64,000 nt of DNA from an uncultured Candidatus Saccharibacteria bacterium (GCA_964390845.1 CAYMIL010000001.1:11307-75306); one strand, 5' to 3'. Shown: positions 47,197 to 57,515, numbered from the stretch's first letter. Numbers and translations are program-made. The notes: generated by a model from the sequence alone, not told the origin.

Positions 47197-48986
47197 CCAC
47201 ACAAGACACACGGTATCCGTACCCAACAGAATGGAATGTAACTCTTCTCTATTCATCGTTTAACGATCCGCAATTTGAAAAAGATATGCGTGCATATGAG
47301 CGTGCGTATGCGCAGTTTGAGAAAAAATATAAAGGAAAAACTGATTGGCTAAAAAATAAAAAGAAGTTACTCACGGCACTTGGTGATTGGCGTGCACTGA
47401 GTGAAACGGTTGGTTCTCTAAAACCGATGGTGTATGTCCATTTGCGAGCGAGCGTCGATAGCTCAAACGAAGAGGTGCAAGCGCGTGTCAGCGCTCTTTC
47501 ACAGCGCATTACAAACACAGCAAATAAAATTGTATTTTTTGGACTCGCGCTTGGTAAAATACCCGCACCATTTCAAAAAAGTATTCTTGCAGATAAGGCG
47601 TTTACACACTACGCGCACCTCCTCAAACACATATTCAACACTAGCAAGTACGATTTGTCCGAATCTGAGGAAAAAATCTTAAACCTCATGTCGTTGCCCG
47701 CGTACGACTTATGGGTACGTGGCGTAGAGAAGGCACTCAATGAAAAAACAGTGATACACAAAGGCACTACTATGCCATTGTCTGAAGCAATGAACAGCAT
47801 TCACACCCTCAAGACAGAAGATCGATATGCACTTCACGACAAGGTCATGAAAGAGCTTGTGCGCGTGGCGGATTTCAGTACCTCAGAAATAAACGCGATT
47901 TATACAGACAAAAAAATTAGCGATGAACTGCGTGGTTTCAAAACTCCCTATGCTGCCACACTCCTGTCTCACGAAATTTCAGAAAAAACGCTCAAGCAAC
48001 TGCTTTCAAGTGTGAACAAGTATAAGCGAGTGAGTCATAATTTTTATGCCGTGAAGGCACAACTTCTAAAGCTCGATACGCTTCGATACCCCGACCGTGC
48101 CGCGTCTGTTGGAAACACGTCAGAGAAGATTACTTTTGAAGAAGCTGTTGCGCTTGCTTCTGCTGGTTTTGAAAAATTCGGCCCATGGTATAAAGAAACA
48201 TTCCAGACTTTTTTGCGCAATGGTCAGATTGATGTGTTTCCACGAAAAGGTAAAGAGGGTGGGGCATTTTGTTGGGGTGGTCTCAACAGGCCAACCTTCG
48301 TGCTTCTCAACCATATCGAAAACCTCGATTCCGTACTGACACTCGCGCATGAAATGGGGCATGCATTCCATACAGAATTGAGTAAAAAACAAGATGTGTT
48401 GTATCAGGGATATTCAACAGCTGTCGCTGAGGTGGCGAGTACGTTTTTCGAAAATATTGTGTTTGAAGAGGTGTTTAAAACACTCTCAAAACGTGAGCAG
48501 GTTATCGCTCTCCATGACCGCATCAACGACGATATTCAGACAATCTATCGTCAGATAGCTTGCTTCAACTTTGAGCTCGACCTTCATACGGCAATTCGCA
48601 CAAAGGGAAATGTGTCGACCGCAGAAATTGCAGACATGATGAATGCGCGCATGCGGGAGTATCTCGGACCACTCTTTTCGCTTACAAAAGAAGACGGATA
48701 CTTTTTCATCACATGGTCGCACATCAGACGATTTTTCTACGTGTATTCGTATGCGTACGGACAGATCATCAGTAAGGCGCTCTATAAGAAATATGTTGAG
48801 CAACCATCGTTTGCAAAAAAGATTGAGGAGTTTTTGAGCGCAGGAGGTAGTGCTACGCCAGAGCGTATATTCAAAAAAATAGGCATAGACACTACAAAAC
48901 CAGGCTTTTTTGAAGAGGGTCTTAAAAGCATTGCCGAGAACATCCGTAGGCTTGAGGTGTTAGCAAAGGAAGAGAAATTGATATAG
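47193..48986 (+). CDS. pepF: Oligoendopeptidase F (M3B family)
   Basis: AHEMGHAFH, AEVASTF, HIRRFFYVYSYA. Confidence 0.9.
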   Translation: MTTQDTRYPYPTEWNVTLLYSSFNDPQFEKDMRAYERAYAQFEKKYKGKTDWLKNKKKLLTALGDWRALSETVGSLKPMVYVHLRASVDSSNEEVQARVSALSQRITNTANKIVFFGLALGKIPAPFQKSILADKAFTHYAHLLKHIFNTSKYDLSESEEKILNLMSLPAYDLWVRGVEKALNEKTVIHKGTTMPLSEAMNSIHTLKTEDRYALHDKVMKELVRVADFSTSEINAIYTDKKISDELRGFKTPYAATLLSHEISEKTLKQLLSSVNKYKRVSHNFYAVKAQLLKLDTLRYPDRAASVGNTSEKITFEEAVALASAGFEKFGPWYKETFQTFLRNGQIDVFPRKGKEGGAFCWGGLNRPTFVLLNHIENLDSVLTLAHEMGHAFHTELSKKQDVLYQGYSTAVAEVASTFFENIVFEEVFKTLSKREQVIALHDRINDDIQTIYRQIACFNFELDLHTAIRTKGNVSTAEIADMMNARMREYLGPLFSLTKEDGYFFITWSHIRRFFYVYSYAYGQIISKALYKKYVEQPSFAKKIEEFLSAGGSATPERIFKKIGIDTTKPGFFEEGLKSIAENIRRLEVLAKEEKLI

Positions 48987-48995
48987 TATTGGCGT

Positions 48996-50798
48996 ATGAA
49001 TTCACAGCAGATTCGAAGCGCATTTTTGGCCTTTTTTAAAGAACGCGGACACGCCGTGTTGCCCTCAGCATCTCTGGTTACGACTGATGAAAAGGGTGTA
49101 ACAGACAATACACTTTTTAATACGGCGGGTATGCAGCCGCTTATTCCGTACTTGCTTGGCGCACAACACAAAGAGGGTACGCGTCTCGCAAGCTCACAAA
49201 AGTGTTTGCGCACAACTGACATCGACAGTGTTGGAGATAATACGCACGCAACCTTTTTTGAAATGCTCGGCAACTGGTCGCTTGGGGATTATTTTAAAAA
49301 AGAGGCAATAGAGTGGAGTTTTGAATTTCTGACATCAAAAGAAAAAGGTCTTGGCTTGGATCCGCGCCGTTTGTATGTGACGGTGTTTGAAGGAGATGAG
49401 AATGCACCAAAAGACGAAGAGTCGTATGTGCTATGGAAAGATATATTTGCTCGGCACAATATTTCTGGTGAGCGAATCTATTACATGGGCGCAAAAAGTA
49501 ATTGGTGGAGTGCTGGAGACAACGGTCCATGTGGTCCCGACACTGAGATGTTTTATGATCTTACAGGTACGCTTCTTGATGGTATGACGCGGGAGGAGTA
49601 TATGCGTGCTGACGATGAGCAGAAGGTTGTCGAAGTTTGGAATGACGTCTTTATGGAGTATGAAAAGAAAGATGGTCGGGTTGTGGGTAAGCTTCCGCGA
49701 CACAACGTCGACACAGGTGCTGGCCTCGAGCGCTTACTTGCTGTGCTGTCTGGTGCGCGGTCTATTTTTGACACAGACGTGCTTGCTCCGCTTGTGCGTG
49801 TGGCCGAAAAAATAGCGGACACAACTCGAGCACAACGTATCATTGCTGACCATATTCGCACCTCAGTATTTCTTATCGCCGACGGCGTTACGCCCTCAAA
49901 CACAGATAGAGGCTATATTCTTCGCCGACTTCTTCGTCGTGCAGTGCTCAATACACGCACACACAACATAGATGCAGGTACATTGAGTGAATTTCTCGGG
50001 CATGTTTCCACGGTATATGGCACAGAATATCCAGAAATAACAGCACAGCGTGCATCGATTGAAAGTGTTATACATCAGGAGGTGGAAAAATTTAGAAAAA
50101 CGTTGTCTGACGGTATAAAGCAGTTTGAGAAAATAATATCGCAATCACAAGGCACCATTTCTGGCACCGATGCATTTGTGCTTTTTTCTACGTATGGTTT
50201 CCCAATAGAAATGACACAGGAACTTGCTCAAGAACGAGGGGTGAAAGTCGACATGGAGAGTTTTAAAACTGAGTTTTCACAACACCAAGAACGCTCTCGC
50301 GCGGGTGCTGAGCAAAAATTCAAGGGAGGTCTTGCGGGGACAGACGACATGTCTGTGCGGTACCACACTGCTACACATTTGTTGCATCAAGCGCTTCGGG
50401 ATGTTCTTGGCGAGCATGTAGAACAGCGTGGTTCAAATATTACTCCTGAGCGATTACGATTTGATTTTACGCATCCTCAAAAAATGACAGACGAAGAGAA
50501 GCGTCGAGTTGAAGAAATTGTAAATCAAAAAATTACAGCATCTCTCCCAGTACACTGTGTTGTGTTGCCAAAAGACGAAGCACTACGCACAGGTGCACGA
50601 CACCTTTTTAATGAAAAATATGGAGATGAAGTGAGTGTGTATATTATTGGCGACACACTCGACACGGCATATTCAAAAGAATTTTGTGGTGGACCACATG
50701 TAAACAATACACGTGAGCTTGGCGTCTTCTCAATCGTGAAAGAAGAAGCAGTTTCTTCAGGCGTTCGACGCATCAAGGCAATTCTTTCTGTGGTATAA
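48996..50798 (+). CDS. alaS: Alanine--tRNA ligase, short form of about 600 aa without C-Ala domain
   Basis: FEMLGNWS.GDYFK, VDTGAGLER, HTATHLLH, EFCGGPHV, GVRRIKA. Confidence 0.97.
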   Translation: MNSQQIRSAFLAFFKERGHAVLPSASLVTTDEKGVTDNTLFNTAGMQPLIPYLLGAQHKEGTRLASSQKCLRTTDIDSVGDNTHATFFEMLGNWSLGDYFKKEAIEWSFEFLTSKEKGLGLDPRRLYVTVFEGDENAPKDEESYVLWKDIFARHNISGERIYYMGAKSNWWSAGDNGPCGPDTEMFYDLTGTLLDGMTREEYMRADDEQKVVEVWNDVFMEYEKKDGRVVGKLPRHNVDTGAGLERLLAVLSGARSIFDTDVLAPLVRVAEKIADTTRAQRIIADHIRTSVFLIADGVTPSNTDRGYILRRLLRRAVLNTRTHNIDAGTLSEFLGHVSTVYGTEYPEITAQRASIESVIHQEVEKFRKTLSDGIKQFEKIISQSQGTISGTDAFVLFSTYGFPIEMTQELAQERGVKVDMESFKTEFSQHQERSRAGAEQKFKGGLAGTDDMSVRYHTATHLLHQALRDVLGEHVEQRGSNITPERLRFDFTHPQKMTDEEKRRVEEIVNQKITASLPVHCVVLPKDEALRTGARHLFNEKYGDEVSVYIIGDTLDTAYSKEFCGGPHVNNTRELGVFSIVKEEAVSSGVRRIKAILSVV

Positions 50799-50806
50799 TG
50801 TACGGC

Positions 50807-52000
50807 ATGTCAGAGGTAAATCTCGTACTCGACATCGGAAACGGTAGTGTCGGCGCGGCACTTGTCGTCTTTGCGCGCGGCGCGAAACCCCGTATGGTGT
50901 TTACTCACCGAGCACCTCTCTCTATTCCTATACAACCAGACTCAAAACATCTCTCTGCGGTGATGCTCTCTGCGCTTGAGTCGGCGGTTTCGCATGTGGC
51001 AGAGCAGGGCCCACACGTTCTCCACTCGCTTGGCATAAAAAACGAAAAAGTTCGTCACACATTTTGTATCTTGGCATCACCATGGTATGCCTCAAAAACA
51101 AAAATTGTTCACATCGAAAATAAAGATCCTATTTTTATTACAAAAGGTTTTGTACGCGAGTTGCTCGACAAAGAAGAAGGGTTGTTTGAAGAAAATCTAC
51201 TCGTACACAGCGAAGGTGTTTTTTCCAAGGGCGACTTTAAGGTAATTGAGAAAAAAGTAATTCATACAACACTCAATGGTTATAGCACATCGAGTCCGTA
51301 TGAAAAACGAGCTGAGCATATTGAGCTTGCTATCCACCTAAGTGTCGCTCCTACGAGCGTTGTCGATGCGATCGAGCGCATTGTGGGCAAGTTTTTCTAT
51401 GCAAAACACATGCTTATTCACTCGTTTCCTCTAGTGGGGCAAAGCGTAGTGAGCGACCTAGCGCCATCAGAAACAAATTTCCTCTTTGTTGATGTGTCTG
51501 CTGAAGTGACAGACGTTTCTTTTGTTGAAAACCATGTTCTTATGGAAACTGCGTCATTTCCTATGGGTAGAAATCATTTGGTGCGGGAGATAGCAAAGGC
51601 ATTTGATGTAACAACAGACATCGCGATGTCATTTGCGAGTTTGCACGCACACGACAACGCCGAGCGTGCTGTTGCGCAAAAAATTGATGCAACATACGCA
51701 GAGGCACACACTGTGTGGGGAAATTATTTTTCGGGAGTAGTGAGCGACATGATACGGGAGCGCGTACCCGCAAAAATATTTGTGACAGCAGATGAAGAGC
51801 TCGCTCCTGTGTTTGTATCATGTATCAAAAAAAATCTCGCCCCCATGGCGCAAGGCACGATCAATTTGCAGGGAACACCTGTGGTACTTCTCGACACACA
51901 AGCGCTCTGTGCACTTGTCGACACTGATGCGCATACAGCGCACGACCCATTTTTGGCAATCGAAAGCATTTTCTTTTCAAAGTTGTTCAATGAGCAATAA
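50807..52000 (+). CDS. Actin-like ATPase-fold protein (FtsA/PilM-like)
   Basis: LDIGNGSV phosphate-1 and VDVSAEVTD phosphate-2-like motifs; FPMGRN. Confidence 0.6.
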   Translation: MSEVNLVLDIGNGSVGAALVVFARGAKPRMVFTHRAPLSIPIQPDSKHLSAVMLSALESAVSHVAEQGPHVLHSLGIKNEKVRHTFCILASPWYASKTKIVHIENKDPIFITKGFVRELLDKEEGLFEENLLVHSEGVFSKGDFKVIEKKVIHTTLNGYSTSSPYEKRAEHIELAIHLSVAPTSVVDAIERIVGKFFYAKHMLIHSFPLVGQSVVSDLAPSETNFLFVDVSAEVTDVSFVENHVLMETASFPMGRNHLVREIAKAFDVTTDIAMSFASLHAHDNAERAVAQKIDATYAEAHTVWGNYFSGVVSDMIRERVPAKIFVTADEELAPVFVSCIKKNLAPMAQGTINLQGTPVVLLDTQALCALVDTDAHTAHDPFLAIESIFFSKLFNEQ

Positions 52001-52076
52001 CAACTGTTGTTTACAGTGTGAGTGCAATCGTATACAATAGTCTGTATACTTTGAAATTTTCTAGACGCGTACACAT

Positions 52077-53423
52077 ATGATCAAAAAAATTGTGCAGGAT
52101 GTAGTTCCTCCCGAACAAAAAACGATCAGAAACATTCCGATTCCAAGTCGGAGAACACGAGCTCGTGCAAGTGTTTCTTCTACAGCCACACCGACACCAC
52201 CCTCATCTTTTGAAACACCTCGAGTTGAAAGCTTGAGTCGGCGGTATGACACATCTTCTTTGGTTACACCACCACGCCGACATGGTCCTTCAAAAAAAGG
52301 TTTTTGGAGTATCGTCGTTGCGTGCGTCCTTCTTCTTGTGTACGGGATTTCCTTTTTGTTTGTCAGCGCTGAGGTAACCATCACTCCAAAGACAGAAACA
52401 GCAAATATTAACGCCGCACTTGTTGCGAAGAAAAGTGCCGATGAGGGTGTGCTCGGATACGATCTCGTAACTGTTTCAAAAGAGCTCGGAAAAACAGTTC
52501 CGGCACAAGGCGAGGAGTCTGTTGAGAAAAAGGCGTCTGGAAAAATTGTTATTTACAATAAAAACAGCGCTACAAGTCAGCGACTTATTGCAAACACACG
52601 ATTTCAGACTCCCGGCGGCCTTATTTATCGCATTACCGATGCTGTTGTTGTGCCTGGATACACCAAAAAGGGTAGTGATATTACCCCAGGTAGCATATCT
52701 GTAACGGTATATGCGGATAAGCCAGGCGAGACATACAATATCGGCTTCTCAGACTTCACTATCCCAGGCTTTAAGGGTGACCCTCGCTACACAACAGTCT
52801 ACGCTCGTTCTGAAACACCAATGCAGGGTGGCTTTGTCGGAAAAGCAAAAAAAGTAACCGATAGCACTCTTGAGGCTACCGAAGATGAGCTCGAAGCACA
52901 GCTAAAAGAACAGCTTATGATAGAGGCAACATCTCAAATCCCTGATTCATACATTTTGTACCCAGGAGCTGTATCTTATGTTTTTGAAACTATGCCCCAA
53001 ACAGAGACCACAGACACTACCGTTAAGATCAACAAAAAAGGCACCCTCACTGGTATGATAATCGACAAAAAGTCACTCTACGCGGCACTTTCAGAGGAAA
53101 GACCGATCAAAACCCATGATGGGGAAGTATACGTAGCACACCCTGAAAACCTAGAGTTTTCCCTTGGTGCGAGCGAAACCCTTACCCCTGCCACGGTAAA
53201 AGATGTCTCGTTTACCCTCCGCGGACCAGCAAAGTTTGTATGGGTTTTTGATGAGCAGAAGGTCAAAAAAGACCTTGCGGGTAAGCCAAAAAGTAGCCTA
53301 AGTTCGATTCTTTCCTCGTATTCTTCACTGGAGAAAGCAAGGGCGGTGGTAAGCCCAATCTGGAAGAGGTCGTTCCCTAAAGATACTGATAAAATCACTA
53401 TCCGGACAATAGGTGTTGACTAA
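52077..53423 (+). CDS. Membrane-anchored baseplate J-like protein
   Basis: Disordered N-terminus, single TM, KASGKIVIYN..LIANTRF..YADKPGETYNI..GGF. Confidence 0.65.
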   Translation: MIKKIVQDVVPPEQKTIRNIPIPSRRTRARASVSSTATPTPPSSFETPRVESLSRRYDTSSLVTPPRRHGPSKKGFWSIVVACVLLLVYGISFLFVSAEVTITPKTETANINAALVAKKSADEGVLGYDLVTVSKELGKTVPAQGEESVEKKASGKIVIYNKNSATSQRLIANTRFQTPGGLIYRITDAVVVPGYTKKGSDITPGSISVTVYADKPGETYNIGFSDFTIPGFKGDPRYTTVYARSETPMQGGFVGKAKKVTDSTLEATEDELEAQLKEQLMIEATSQIPDSYILYPGAVSYVFETMPQTETTDTTVKINKKGTLTGMIIDKKSLYAALSEERPIKTHDGEVYVAHPENLEFSLGASETLTPATVKDVSFTLRGPAKFVWVFDEQKVKKDLAGKPKSSLSSILSSYSSLEKARAVVSPIWKRSFPKDTDKITIRTIGVD

Positions 53424-53465
53424 ATCCCGTATTTTGTTAGTATATTCCGCATTGCTAATATTGTA

Positions 53466-53684
53466 ATGGACAAGCATAACGAAAAGAACCAGGTTACCGG
53501 CATAGTCACTGAGGCATTGCCGAATACCTTCTTTAAAGTTAAACTTGAAGGCTCCGAAGAGGAAATCCTTACATATCTTGCAGGGAAGATGCGGCTTCAT
53601 CGAATCCGTGTCCTTATCGGCGACAAAGTGGTTGTCGAGCTTGACCAATACGGCGGGAAAGGTAGGATAGTAAAACGTTTATAA
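53466..53684 (+). CDS. infA: Translation initiation factor IF-1
   Basis: [23 protein letters not shown]. Confidence 0.97.
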   Translation: MDKHNEKNQVTGIVTEALPNTFFKVKLEGSEEEILTYLAGKMRLHRIRVLIGDKVVVELDQYGGKGRIVKRL

Positions 53685-53706
53685 ACGAAAAACACACGAA
53701 ATCGTA

Positions 53707-53823
53707 ATGAGAGTTCGAGCATCAGTAAAAAAAATCTGTTCGAAGTGCCAAGTTGTCCGACGCAAAGGATACGTGTATGTCGTATGTAAGAGTAATCCTC
53801 GTCACAAACAGCGCCAGGGCTAA
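53707..53823 (+). CDS. rpmJ: 50S ribosomal protein L36 (not in the ORF track)
   Basis: [38 protein letters not shown]. Confidence 0.97.
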   Translation: MRVRASVKKICSKCQVVRRKGYVYVVCKSNPRHKQRQG

Positions 53824-53841
53824 TCCATTTTTCATATATCC

Positions 53842-54222
53842 ATGCGTATCCTAGGTATTACAATTCCAGAAAATAAGCGAATCGAAATCGGCCTTACTAC
53901 CCTCTATGGTATTGGTCGCCCGCTCGCGCACAAGATTCTCGACGAAGCAAAGATTGAATATGGCAAGAAGCCAAAGGATCTTTCTGTTGATGATGAAAAC
54001 AGAATCCGTTCAATTATTGAGCGATTCAAAATTGAGGGTGATCTCAAACGAGAAATTGCGGGTAATATTAAGCGCCTCAAAGACATCAAGGCGTACCGAG
54101 GTACACGACACGCTCGTGGCTTGCCTACTCGGGGCCAGCGCACAAAAACCAACTCTCGAACTCGACGAGGAAACGTCCGAAAGACCATGGGAAGCGGTAA
54201 GCGAACAGTAGAGAAGAAGTAA
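53842..54222 (+). CDS. rpsM: 30S ribosomal protein S13
   Basis: YGIG, YRGTRHARGLPTRGQRTKTN. Confidence 0.97.
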   Translation: MRILGITIPENKRIEIGLTTLYGIGRPLAHKILDEAKIEYGKKPKDLSVDDENRIRSIIERFKIEGDLKREIAGNIKRLKDIKAYRGTRHARGLPTRGQRTKTNSRTRRGNVRKTMGSGKRTVEKK

Positions 54223-54237
54223 TACACACATACCACA

Positions 54238-54666
54238 ATGGGAAAGAAACGAATTGTTAAAAAGGCAGAGGGTGGAGCAGAAGGAACACAAAAGTCCTCT
54301 GGTTCTTCTTCTAAAAAGAAGGTAGATACGGGTATTTTGTATGTTCAGTCTACATACAACAATACAAAAGTTGTCCTTACTGATGCAAAGGGCAACACTC
54401 TTTGCTGGTCTTCAAGCGGTTCTCTTGGCTTCAATGGCGCAAAGAAAGGTACTCCATTTGCAGCTGCAAAAATCGGCGAAACTCTTGCCGCAAAAGCTCA
54501 AACTATGGGCGTTCGCGAAGTTGCTGTTGTGGTAAAGGGTGTCGGATCAGGACGAGAGTCTTCGATTCGAGGTTTTATTTCAAAAGGTATCAATATTTCA
54601 TCAATAAAAGACGTGACTCCGGTTCCACACAACGGCCCGAAGCCACCTAAGCCACGACGAGTATAA
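54238..54666 (+). CDS. rpsK: 30S ribosomal protein S11
   Basis: STYNNT, KKGTPFAA, DVTPVPHNG. Confidence 0.97.
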   Translation: MGKKRIVKKAEGGAEGTQKSSGSSSKKKVDTGILYVQSTYNNTKVVLTDAKGNTLCWSSSGSLGFNGAKKGTPFAAAKIGETLAAKAQTMGVREVAVVVKGVGSGRESSIRGFISKGINISSIKDVTPVPHNGPKPPKPRRV

Positions 54667-54671
54667 AACAT

Positions 54672-55283
54672 ATGATTATCGGACCAAAATACAAAATTGC
54701 GCGACGACTTGGAGCACCTGTGTTTGAAAAAACGCAGACTCAAAAGTACGTCCTCTCTCAGACAAAAAAGACGAAGACGAAGCGTGGTGGCCCAAAGCAA
54801 CGCACAGACTTCGGCATGCAGATGAATGAGAAGCAGAAAGCACGATTCTCATACCTCCTCTCAGAAAAGCAATTTTCAAATTACGTAAAGAAAGCACTCT
54901 CAGCGCAGGGAACAGACAATGCGGGTATGTTGTTCGAGATCCTCGAGCGACGCCTCGACAACGTTGTCCTTCGAGCTGGTTTCGCACACGCTCGCGGTCT
55001 CGCTCGCCAGATGGTTTCTCACAACCACATTCAGGTAAATGGAAAGACAGTAAACATTCCTTCATACCGAGTGTCCGTTGGAGATGTAATCACGGTTCGA
55101 GAGGGAAGTTCAAAGAAGCCTCTTTTCAACAACCTTGAAGAGCGACTTCAGGCGAAAACAGCGCCATCATGGATCAAAGTTGACGCTTCACAGAAGCGAG
55201 CAGAGGTTCAGGGTGCGCCGAAGGTAGATAAGGGGGAGCTTTTGTTTGATCTCAATTCCGTTATTGAATTTTATAGCAGATAA
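54672..55283 (+). CDS. rpsD: 30S ribosomal protein S4
   Basis: GPKYKIARRLG, EKQK, LERRLDNVV, IEFYSR. Confidence 0.97.
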   Translation: MIIGPKYKIARRLGAPVFEKTQTQKYVLSQTKKTKTKRGGPKQRTDFGMQMNEKQKARFSYLLSEKQFSNYVKKALSAQGTDNAGMLFEILERRLDNVVLRAGFAHARGLARQMVSHNHIQVNGKTVNIPSYRVSVGDVITVREGSSKKPLFNNLEERLQAKTAPSWIKVDASQKRAEVQGAPKVDKGELLFDLNSVIEFYSR

Positions 55284-55295
55284 CAAACACCGTTG

Positions 55296-55373
55296 GACGC
55301 ATACGTCGGCAATACCGACGTTTTTGCGTTCCCTCCCACGCCTTATTGCCAGATTTCAAAATTAATGTATAAT
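55296..55373 (+). promoter_or_regulatory. Terminator-like hairpin after rpsD followed by an rpoA promoter
   Basis: ACGTCGG-CAATA-CCGACGT plus T-run; TTGCCA-N16-TATAAT at 55346-55373. Confidence 0.6.
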
Positions 55374-55395
55374 TTACGAATTAACTAAAAACCAT

Positions 55396-56352
55396 ATGGT
55401 ACACCACAGCATCGTTTTGCCTTCGAAACCAAAAATCGTTTCTGAGAACGGATTTTCTGCCGTATACGAAATTGACGGGTTGTATCCTGGCTATGGCCAC
55501 ACTCTTGGCAACTCCCTCCGCCGAATCATCCTCTCATCCCTTCCTGGAGCAGCGATCACATCGGTGAAAATCAATGGCGTGAGCCATGAATTCTCCGTTA
55601 TGGACGGTGTAAAGGAGGATGTTATTACCATACTTCTCAACCTCAAGAAGGTACGCATTCAGATGCATTCTGATGAGCCTGTTACTCTCAACCTCAAGGT
55701 AAAGGGTATTCAGGAAGTTACAGCAAAGGACATTATTGCTCCTGGACAAGTATCTGTACTCAATCCAGATCTTGTTATCGCACACATCACAGACAAGAAC
55801 ACGGAGCTTTCTATGGAAATGCTTGTGGAGAAGGGTCTTGGCTATGTGCCAAAGGACATGATTCAGAAAAACCGAGTAGACATCGGTTCAATCACACTCG
55901 ACGGTGTCTTTACTCCTATCCGACGCGTAAGCTATGAGGTAGAAAACATGCGAGTTGGCGATCGAACAGACTTCAACCGCCTTCGAATCGCAATTGAGAC
56001 TGACGGAACAATCGCTCCTACAGAAGCGCTTTCAAAATCTATTGAAATCATGATCAATCAGCTTAAGGCTATTGTTGGTTTCAAGGAAGAGGAAGTTCTT
56101 GAGAGTAAACCTGTAGAAGCAGAAGACGCGGGCGAGAAAAAAGAGCTCGACCCTGAATTCCTCAAAACTCGAATTGAGTCCCTCAATCTTTCAGCACGAA
56201 CAATGAACGCACTTACTGGCGCAAATATCCGAACAGTTGGTGGACTTGTTCGAAAGAAGGAAAAAGATATTGCTGAAATCGAGGGCATGGGCACAAAGGG
56301 CATTTCAGAAATCAAGAAGGTTCTCGCTGAGTTTGGCGTAACCCTCAAGTAA
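55396..56352 (+). CDS. rpoA: RNA polymerase subunit alpha
   Basis: GYGHTLGNSLRRIILSSLPGAA, VENMRVG, alpha-CTD. Confidence 0.98.
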   Translation: MVHHSIVLPSKPKIVSENGFSAVYEIDGLYPGYGHTLGNSLRRIILSSLPGAAITSVKINGVSHEFSVMDGVKEDVITILLNLKKVRIQMHSDEPVTLNLKVKGIQEVTAKDIIAPGQVSVLNPDLVIAHITDKNTELSMEMLVEKGLGYVPKDMIQKNRVDIGSITLDGVFTPIRRVSYEVENMRVGDRTDFNRLRIAIETDGTIAPTEALSKSIEIMINQLKAIVGFKEEEVLESKPVEAEDAGEKKELDPEFLKTRIESLNLSARTMNALTGANIRTVGGLVRKKEKDIAEIEGMGTKGISEIKKVLAEFGVTLK

Positions 56353-56367
56353 TACTGTTGTAATACC

Positions 56368-56715
56368 ATGCGGCATCACAAATCTACAAAGAAATTCGGA
56401 CGACCTAAGAACCAGAGAAATGCTCTCGTTGCATCTCTCGCGCGTTCTCTTATCATCAACGAGAAAATTAAAACGACAGAGACAAAGGCAAAGGCACTCC
56501 GACCTGTCATCGAGCAGATGGTTACACGAGGTAAAAACAAGACTGTTGCTTCTCAGCGACTTCTTTCGGCTCGTGTTGGTGCTGAAGGCGCAAAGAAGCT
56601 TGTTGATGTTATCGGTCCTCGATACAAAGACCGAAAGGGTGGCTACACTCGCATCATCAAGCTCGGCAACCGACCAAGCGACAGAAGTGCGATGGCTCAG
56701 ATAGAATTCGTATAA
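56368..56715 (+). CDS. rplQ: 50S ribosomal protein L17
   Basis: MRHHK, IKTTETKAK, RKGGYTRIIK. Confidence 0.97.
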   Translation: MRHHKSTKKFGRPKNQRNALVASLARSLIINEKIKTTETKAKALRPVIEQMVTRGKNKTVASQRLLSARVGAEGAKKLVDVIGPRYKDRKGGYTRIIKLGNRPSDRSAMAQIEFV

Positions 56716-56719
56716 ATCC

Positions 56720-57064
56720 ATGAAACACACGATTGACGCACAGGACAAAAAGCTCGGACGAATCGCAAGCGAAGCGGCTAAGATTCTCATGGGCAAGCAG
56801 ACAACTCACTACGTAAAAAATACTGTAGAGCCTGTTACAGTGCATATTATCAATGCTTCAAAGGCAAAACTTGATGCAAAGAAACTTCGAGAAAAGGAGT
56901 ATGTTACATATTCTGGTTTCCCAGGTGGTATTAAAACATCTACCGCTTCACATGTTGTAAGCAAAAAGGGTTACAGTGAATTGTTCCGAGAAGCTGTCTA
57001 CGGTATGCTTCCAATCAACAAGTTGCGAGCAAAACGAATTCAGAACTTAATTGTGACCGAGTAA
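56720..57064 (+). CDS. rplM: 50S ribosomal protein L13 (short)
   Basis: IDA..LGRIAS, YSGFPGG, AVYGMLP.NKLR. Confidence 0.95.
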   Translation: MKHTIDAQDKKLGRIASEAAKILMGKQTTHYVKNTVEPVTVHIINASKAKLDAKKLREKEYVTYSGFPGGIKTSTASHVVSKKGYSELFREAVYGMLPINKLRAKRIQNLIVTE

Positions 57065-57071
57065 AACGTCT

Positions 57072-57479
57072 ATGAATACAGAAGATAACAAGCGATATAT
57101 TGAAACGATTGGCCGACGTAAAACGTCTGCGGCACGTGTTCGAATCACAGAGGCAGGGAAAACATCTATTACGGTAAACGAACGAGACTACACAGCATAT
57201 TTCCCGACAGATGCTCTCCAGATTGTAGTAAAAGAACCTTTCACAACATCAGCTATCACAGCAAAGTTTAAGGTTACAGCTGTACTTAAGGGTGGTGGTA
57301 TCAGTTCTCAGGCGCAAGCCCTCCGACATGGTATTTCACGAGCACTTGTTGCATACGATGCGGAGCTTCGAAAGAAACTCAAATCATCAGGACTTCTTAA
57401 GCGAGACGCTCGAGCAAAAGAACGCCGAAAGTTCGGTCTCAAGAAAGCTCGAAAAGCTCCTCAGTGGTCGAAGCGATAA
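57072..57479 (+). CDS. rpsI: 30S ribosomal protein S9
   Basis: GRRKTS, GGGISSQ, ERRKFGLKKARKAPQWSKR. Confidence 0.98.
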   Translation: MNTEDNKRYIETIGRRKTSAARVRITEAGKTSITVNERDYTAYFPTDALQIVVKEPFTTSAITAKFKVTAVLKGGGISSQAQALRHGISRALVAYDAELRKKLKSSGLLKRDARAKERRKFGLKKARKAPQWSKR

Positions 57480-57489
57480 TAGAGCTTCC

Positions 57490-57515
57490 AAAAGAGTCCT
57501 GAACGGGACTTTTTT
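57490..57515 (+). terminator. Terminator after rpsI
   Basis: AGTCCT-GAAC-GGGACT hairpin followed by a T-run. Confidence 0.65.

Noticed and set aside
52077-53423. Prophage or contractile injection system
   Set aside because: Single baseplate-like gene with a TM anchor; no sheath, tube, terminase or integrase genes nearby
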